Of a stretch of DNA of 64,000 nucleotides, positions 63,781-64,000 are shown piece by piece. The stretch is taken from NCBI RefSeq assembly GCF_004010195.1, contig NC_057749.1, positions 15,078,583 through 15,142,582 on the forward strand, read 5' to 3'. The position numbers were made by a program, and so were the translations under genes. Below the pieces are notes generated by a model that saw only the letters and a list, made by a program, of their open reading frames with translations, did no database searches and had not been told where the DNA came from. The DNA is from Chiloscyllium plagiosum (lineage: Eukaryota). Numbering within the stretch: position 1 is the first letter of the stretch; every line of letters begins with the position of its first letter.

Positions 63781-64000
63781 GGGAGGCGATGGCCTAGTGG
63801 TGTCATCGCTGGACTGTTAATCCAGAGATCCGGATAATGTTCTGAGGATCCGGTTTAAATCCTGCCACAGCAGATGGTGGAATCTGAATTCGATAAATCT
63901 CTGAAATTAAGAATCTAACGATGACCAAGAATTCATTGCCAATTGTCAGAAAAACCCATCTGATTCATTAATGTCGTTTAGGAAAGCAAACTATCATCTT
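63781..64000 (+). mobile_element. Family-B tRNA-derived SINE, 5' part, running off the window
   Basis: gggaggcgatggcctagtgg A-box and ggtttaaatcc B-box-like head, then gatggtggaatctgaattc...aaaacccatctg. Confidence 0.85.

Noticed and set aside
34398..64000. Exon 2 (L1 domain) of the receptor, or NTRK1 exons
   Set aside because: No matching reading frame was seen. The region appears to be more than 29 kb of intron 2, although N gaps could hide sequence.

Overview
Eukaryotic (vertebrate) genomic DNA, very likely a cartilaginous fish (shark): it is full of HE1-type tRNA-derived SINEs and HER1/CR1-type LINE 3' ends, with seven N gaps. The only protein-coding content I can support is eight consecutive minus-strand exons (equivalent to exons 3-10) of an insulin-receptor-family receptor tyrosine kinase. 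They have canonical GT-AG sites, consistent phases and an intact 1549-bp spliced frame covering the CR, L2, FnIII-1, FnIII-2a/insert and alphaCT regions. Exon 2 and the furin-site/beta-chain exons were not found, so they lie outside the window or in gaps. Diagnostic residues and exon lengths point to INSRR rather than IGF1R or INSR. However, the protein keeps an IGF1R-like alphaCT and lacks most residues I recall as linked to alkali sensing in tetrapod IRR. The introns hold nested retroposons, palindromic Penelope-like elements with hammerhead-ribozyme motifs, a 6.3-kb purine-rich satellite, several minisatellites and a candidate 39-bp exon 11. All homology calls are from memory, not from database searches, and repeat boundaries are approximate.
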